DNA of 20,815 nt, taken from contig MEQL01000047.1 of the NCBI GenBank assembly GCA_001770205.1, positions 124,001 to 144,815 on the forward strand. Reading direction: 5' to 3'. Shown piece by piece: positions 17,261 through 20,815 of the stretch. Position 1 is the stretch's first letter, and the number at the start of each line of letters is the position of its first letter. The notes under the pieces were generated by a model, which was not told where the DNA came from, ran no database searches, and saw only the letters and a list, made by a program, of their open reading frames with translations. Both the position numbers and the translations under genes were made by a program. Origin of the DNA: Bdellovibrionales bacterium RIFOXYD12_FULL_39_22. GTDB lineage: Bacteria; Bdellovibrionota; Bacteriovoracia; Bacteriovoracales; Bacteriovoracaceae.

Positions 17261-18445
17261 TTAATTACCAATCAATCCTTTTAAAAAAAGATCAGCACTC
17301 ATCGCAATGCCATTATCAACTTTTCTGGTAGGCCCTTCTGGGTAAATTAAATAGGCTGGAATTTTAAGTTTGTTGGCATAAAAATTTAATCCCGAAGGCC
17401 ATGGAGCTGGAGCAGCTTTTATTTCAATGATACATTGGGGCCTTAAATCTTTAGCAATTAGAAAATCAACTTCGCGTTTATCTTGATCTCTCAAATAGAA
17501 CAACTCATATCTGCCATGGCCTTGCTCTCGCCATGCTGAACAAGCGGCACTCAACTGAACGGCCATGAAGTTTTCAAATTTGGCACCAATGGCCTCTGCC
17601 ATTGTCCATTGATAAAAATACCATTTCTGCTCACGCTTCACCGCACGGTGAATTTTTTGATGAAAAGGCGGCACAAAGAAACCCAAGTATAGCGTTTCAA
17701 GTAATCGCAGCCAGGATTTAATCGTTATTGGACTAACTTCTAAATCTTCGCCTAAGGATTTATATGAAATTGGCGAAGTTAACCGCTCTGGCAGGAGTCT
17801 TGCCATGAGTTCAATTTTATCAAGATTTTGTGTGGTAGCAAAGTCGCAAACATCTTCGTAAACGAGTCGCTGAAGATACATATCATTCCATTTTCTTGTA
17901 AATTGTTCTCGCCCCTTTAGATATGGTTCTGGAAAACCTCCAAAGGCCATCAGCTCTTCCAACTTATCAGATCTATTTTTATTTCCTGGAGTCCAATCAG
18001 AAAAATTGCGAGGAGGTGTAACGTGTCTTGCTCCTAATACTTCATCAAAAGTGATTGGCCAAAGTTTGTAGGAGAAATATCGACCTTGCAGACTATCTCC
18101 CCCCTTTACATATTGATCAAAACGGCCGGCCCCAGTGACGATAAAATCTTCGTTGCGATTTGAAGAGTCATAATAACCCTTCATTAATGTTTTCCAGTTT
18201 CGTTTTTTATGAATTTCATCAAAAATCACTATTTTGTTTTTTTGGGAATCATCCCTGAAAAAATAGGGATCTTTTAAAAAGGCTTTTTTGACCTCTGATG
18301 TATCCCAGTTGAAATACCTGTCAGAAAAATTTTTAACGAGATAGGTTTTTCCAACCTGACGAGGGCCGGTAATAAAAGTCATTGGCCCCGTTGGCTCGGC
18401 TTCATTCAATGACCATGTTGGCAATAATCTATTAATTTCTGTCAT
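17261..18445 (-). CDS. AAA_14 ATPase with C-terminal DUF4143 (wHTH + PD-(D/E)XK-like domain)
   Basis: Walker A GPRQVGKT, Walker B IVIFDEIH, DSLQGR, FGGFPEP, HTH SYKSLGEDLEVSPITIKSWL, FENF, REVDFLI..IEIK. Confidence 0.9.
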   Translation of the reverse strand: MTEINRLLPTWSLNEAEPTGPMTFITGPRQVGKTYLVKNFSDRYFNWDTSEVKKAFLKDPYFFRDDSQKNKIVIFDEIHKKRNWKTLMKGYYDSSNRNEDFIVTGAGRFDQYVKGGDSLQGRYFSYKLWPITFDEVLGARHVTPPRNFSDWTPGNKNRSDKLEELMAFGGFPEPYLKGREQFTRKWNDMYLQRLVYEDVCDFATTQNLDKIELMARLLPERLTSPISYKSLGEDLEVSPITIKSWLRLLETLYLGFFVPPFHQKIHRAVKREQKWYFYQWTMAEAIGAKFENFMAVQLSAACSAWREQGHGRYELFYLRDQDKREVDFLIAKDLRPQCIIEIKAAPAPWPSGLNFYANKLKIPAYLIYPEGPTRKVDNGIAMSADLFLKGLIGN

Positions 18446-18456
18446 GTTAATTATCC

Positions 18457-18518
18457 CGTTAAACGATAGTCTACTATACTTTAACGATCGTAAAACGATA
18501 GTAGACTATATTTTAACG
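18457..18518. promoter_or_regulatory. Two tandem 30-bp imperfect palindromes (probable operators)
   Basis: CGTTAAAcgATAGTctACTATacTTTAACG (18457-18486), AT, CGTAAAAcgATAGTagACTATatTTTAACG (18489-18518). Confidence 0.75.
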
Positions 18519-18527
18519 GATTGTCAA
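18498..18527 (-). promoter_or_regulatory. Sigma70 promoter for the AAA_14 gene
   Basis: TTGACA(18527-18522)-N18-TACTAT(18503-18498). Confidence 0.6.
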
Positions 18528-18531
18528 AAGG

Positions 18532-18749
18532 GAAACTTCTAAGGCATGCACTGTGAGAGAGTGCAAAGAAGAGTCAAGATATGACATAAAGATTATATTG
18601 ATCTGTTGAGGGCCTATAGTTTCAACTGTTACGAATACGTCAACTATCCAAGGAAAGAAACTGAGTTTTGCCATCTTTTGTTTAAAGCAAAATTGATTGG
18701 CGGCAAAGCGCAAACTAACTTACGCGGCCATTGGCCTTGCGCTCGATAA
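18532..18749 (+). pseudogene. NUDIX hydrolase remnant (truncated, frameshifted)
   Basis: ETSKACTVRECKEESRYDIKI is a NUDIX box (E-x7-REUxEExGU with G replaced by R). After a 2-nt shift near 18595 it continues IDLLRAYSFNCYEYVNYPRKETEFCHLLFKAKLIGGK. No start codon. Confidence 0.7.
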
Positions 18750-18754
18750 TAGTT
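18708..18754 (+). repeat. Hairpin-containing dispersed repeat, copy B
   Basis: GCGCAAACTAACTTACGC--GGCCATTGGCCTTGCGCTCGATAATAGTT; same orientation as copy A, with a 2-nt deletion and 4 substitutions. Confidence 0.85.
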
Positions 18755-19158
18755 TTATTTAATATTACAAATGATATTTTCCTTTTCATCTTTTCGCCTA
18801 GGCTTAAAACTTTATCAGTTGTTGTATAACCTTTATAGTACCAATTCTTTCTCTTTTTTAAATCAAGCAATGCTGAACGATACAAGGATTTGGCGACTCC
18901 ACACCCCTGATATTTTGGATCAACAACGACCGTCCCTAATAGCGCTAGTGTTTTGTCGGGATATGTTCCAATTGAACCTACAACTTTTTTTTCATCTAAT
19001 GCAACAAACGCGCTCCCGATTTTGCACATTTTCTTATAGTGGCCCATCATCTCTTTATACATCTGCAAGGAATAAGATCTTATCCTACTAGATTGATCAT
19101 TTCTATGTGCACTAACTTCAATTTCCATCACTCGTTTAATGTCTTTTTTATAATTCAT
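18715..19158 (-). CDS. GNAT N-acetyltransferase domain (probably the C-terminal half of a split gene)
   Basis: AFVALDEKKVVGSIG and VVVDPKYQGCGVAKSL (acetyl-CoA binding motif A). The last ~13 codons run into repeat copy B. Confidence 0.75.
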   Translation of the reverse strand: MNYKKDIKRVMEIEVSAHRNDQSSRIRSYSLQMYKEMMGHYKKMCKIGSAFVALDEKKVVGSIGTYPDKTLALLGTVVVDPKYQGCGVAKSLYRSALLDLKKRKNWYYKGYTTTDKVLSLGEKMKRKISFVILNKTIIERKANGRVS

Positions 19159-19167
19159 TTTCCTTAT

Positions 19168-19644
19168 TTAATGGCCGGTATTCAGAAGTATTTCATGATT
19201 AAGATATTTTAATCCATCCGCAACACTTCCAACATATTCCCAGGAAGAAACATGAAAGTTCATTTTTTTCATAATCTTGACTAGTTTTTCATCTTTATTT
19301 TTTAAATAGAAAGACAATTGCTTAACTTTTGGAAAAAAATTACGGATTGCTCTTATCTCTGCCAGAACTACTTCTTTGGATGGAGTCTGTGAAAAATAAA
19401 AACTTGATACAAATATAAATTTTCTCCCAAAATCATTGGCCACATTTGCACATACAAACTTTTCTAATATCTCGTTCTGGCATGAAACGGCCTTATAAAA
19501 TTTTTTATCGTCATTAAAAAAACTTTCAAATCGTTCACGATATTTATTTTGCTTTTCTCTTGGTATTTTTTTCTTTAAATATTCTTTAAAATAATATCTA
19601 ATTTCTTCTAGTTGCTTTTCTATGATTATTTGTTGAATCTTCAA
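19168..19644 (-). CDS. Hypothetical protein, possibly a degenerate GNAT-like N-terminal half in frame with 18715..19158
   Basis: TTG start overlaps the upstream TGA stop, with GGAGG RBS. Same frame as the downstream ORF, separated by TAA plus 3 codons. Confidence 0.6.
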   Translation of the reverse strand: MKIQQIIIEKQLEEIRYYFKEYLKKKIPREKQNKYRERFESFFNDDKKFYKAVSCQNEILEKFVCANVANDFGRKFIFVSSFYFSQTPSKEVVLAEIRAIRNFFPKVKQLSFYLKNKDEKLVKIMKKMNFHVSSWEYVGSVADGLKYLNHEILLNTGH

Positions 19645-20741
19645 TGCCCCTCCCGGCCAATACTCTGAAGTAGGCGTTCAATATTTCTATACAAATATCT
19701 CAAGCGATACTCAACCGGGGCACCACTCTCCAAATCTCCATTTTTCTGCAAATAGATCAAACAACTTTTTATTTGCTCTTCGCTATAATTCTGGCGAAGT
19801 AAATAGTAATTAATTCTGGCCGACTTTCGCTTCTCTGGCGAATCTAAATTGTTAATATAATTTTTTACATAATCTGTCTGCGGTGGCTCCATAAAATGGT
19901 CACCATAATACTCTCCTGGATTATCTGTCTCTTGCTTGATTAAAAAATCTAGTTTTTTTTCTAGCTTATCAATCAAACGATCATAGTCTACTACTTCGTA
20001 GTCATAATCGCCTAATGCATCCGCAATGTACGCCATCACCCACACCGTCGTACGCGGATTATCTATTAGTGCCTCAAACAGCTTTGAAATATCATTGATT
20101 TCTTGCTGAGATTTTCCAATGATCATTGACGTAATAATCAACACCATACGATCCACACGCAAATCTTCGTTACGACATTCCATTAACATCCATAACAATT
20201 TATCCAAATGCGAGATGCTGGTAACCGCGCCAGCATTTGATAGCATGTTAAATACCGAAACGAGTGAATAATAATTAAGATTAGATTGTTCGTTTTCTAG
20301 AATATGGGCCACTTTCGCATAAATGGCCTCCCCGTCTAATTCGGCCAAGGCCGGTGGCCGCTGCTGGCAATTTACAAGAACTCCTTTAACTGTTCCCACT
20401 AGCGACGATCCCACAAATTCTAATTGGACAGTAGCAAAGTTAAGTGAAATTAAAATTTGCAGATCCAATCCACCATTTTTATTTCGAATTCTTCCGTGAA
20501 TAACGCCGTCATAGTTGTCTTGAATGTCTATAAGATTATCATTGCCAAACGCTTCCATAAAATCATTTCGCGCATTGGAATTATTTGTATAATTACTTAA
20601 AACCTCAATATCAACCTGGCAGCGCAAAGTCCCTGTAAATTGCAAGGCCAGGGAGTTGTCTTCAGCAAATAGATTATGATTAATGAAATTGATCACAAGG
20701 AAAAGAAGTGTTAACAATGGAATACGCATAGCTTTTCTCAC
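19641..20741 (-). CDS. Hypothetical exported protein
   Basis: GTG start with AGGAG 6 nt upstream; signal peptide; beta-rich N-terminal part with two Cys, helical C-terminal part. No family recognised. Confidence 0.75.
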   Translation of the reverse strand: MRKAMRIPLLTLLFLVINFINHNLFAEDNSLALQFTGTLRCQVDIEVLSNYTNNSNARNDFMEAFGNDNLIDIQDNYDGVIHGRIRNKNGGLDLQILISLNFATVQLEFVGSSLVGTVKGVLVNCQQRPPALAELDGEAIYAKVAHILENEQSNLNYYSLVSVFNMLSNAGAVTSISHLDKLLWMLMECRNEDLRVDRMVLIITSMIIGKSQQEINDISKLFEALIDNPRTTVWVMAYIADALGDYDYEVVDYDRLIDKLEKKLDFLIKQETDNPGEYYGDHFMEPPQTDYVKNYINNLDSPEKRKSARINYYLLRQNYSEEQIKSCLIYLQKNGDLESGAPVEYRLRYLYRNIERLLQSIGREGH

Positions 20742-20743
20742 AA

Positions 20744-20815
20744 TTAACTCCTGGTGTTTGGATGTAAAGAACTAAATTTAGCTTCTATAGTCTCATCTGA
20801 GGATGATGGAGTGTA
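20744..20815 (-). CDS. Possible 3' end of an upstream gene (partial)
   Basis: Open frame YTPSSSDETIEAKFSSLHPNTRS* ending 2 nt before the next GTG start. Confidence 0.35.
   Translation of the reverse strand, partial: YTPSSSDETIEAKFSSLHPNTRS

Noticed and set aside
18521..18707. Riboswitch or ncRNA suggested by small hairpins
   Set aside because: No known aptamer motif; the region is better explained as a NUDIX pseudogene.
16292..18754. The hairpin repeats as canonical integron attC sites
   Set aside because: They are shorter than typical attC sites, have no good RYYYAAC/GTTRRRY pair or L-box geometry, and no integrase is in the window.
1024..19091. Short ORF-track entries antisense to or nested in the main genes (e.g. 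1024..1380, 7665..8036, 14736..15074, 16390..16758, 18513..18713, 18771..19091)
   Set aside because: Shadow ORFs of well-supported genes with no recognisable motifs.

Overview
AT-rich bacterial chromosomal window, most consistent with a Bdellovibrionota (Bacteriovoracia-like) genome; this is inferred from gene content, not from a search. The left part (1-8418) is core-like: malic enzyme C-terminus, DUF218/YdcF, a minus-strand run lipoprotein-yicC-gmk-rel with no rpoZ, an orphan FliL-like gene, an FHA-like sigma54 activator and engB. The middle (8622-13347) is a compositionally distinct divergent pair: a large lipoprotein with an Ig/FN3-like stalk and 14 beta-propeller blades, and a LysM-like/outer-membrane beta-barrel protein. 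A CapD/PglF-like dehydratase follows, directly downstream of tRNA-Leu(CAA). The right part (16220-20815) is an accessory patchwork. Two direct copies of a ~48-bp hairpin element bracket a Cys-rich repeat gene (sigma54-type promoter), an AAA_14/DUF4143 ATPase-nuclease gene (promoter covered by tandem 30-bp palindromes) and a hidden NUDIX pseudogene. Beyond the second copy is a GNAT gene split by one in-frame TAA. GGCC is strongly over-represented in the core-like genes but much less so in the adhesin block.
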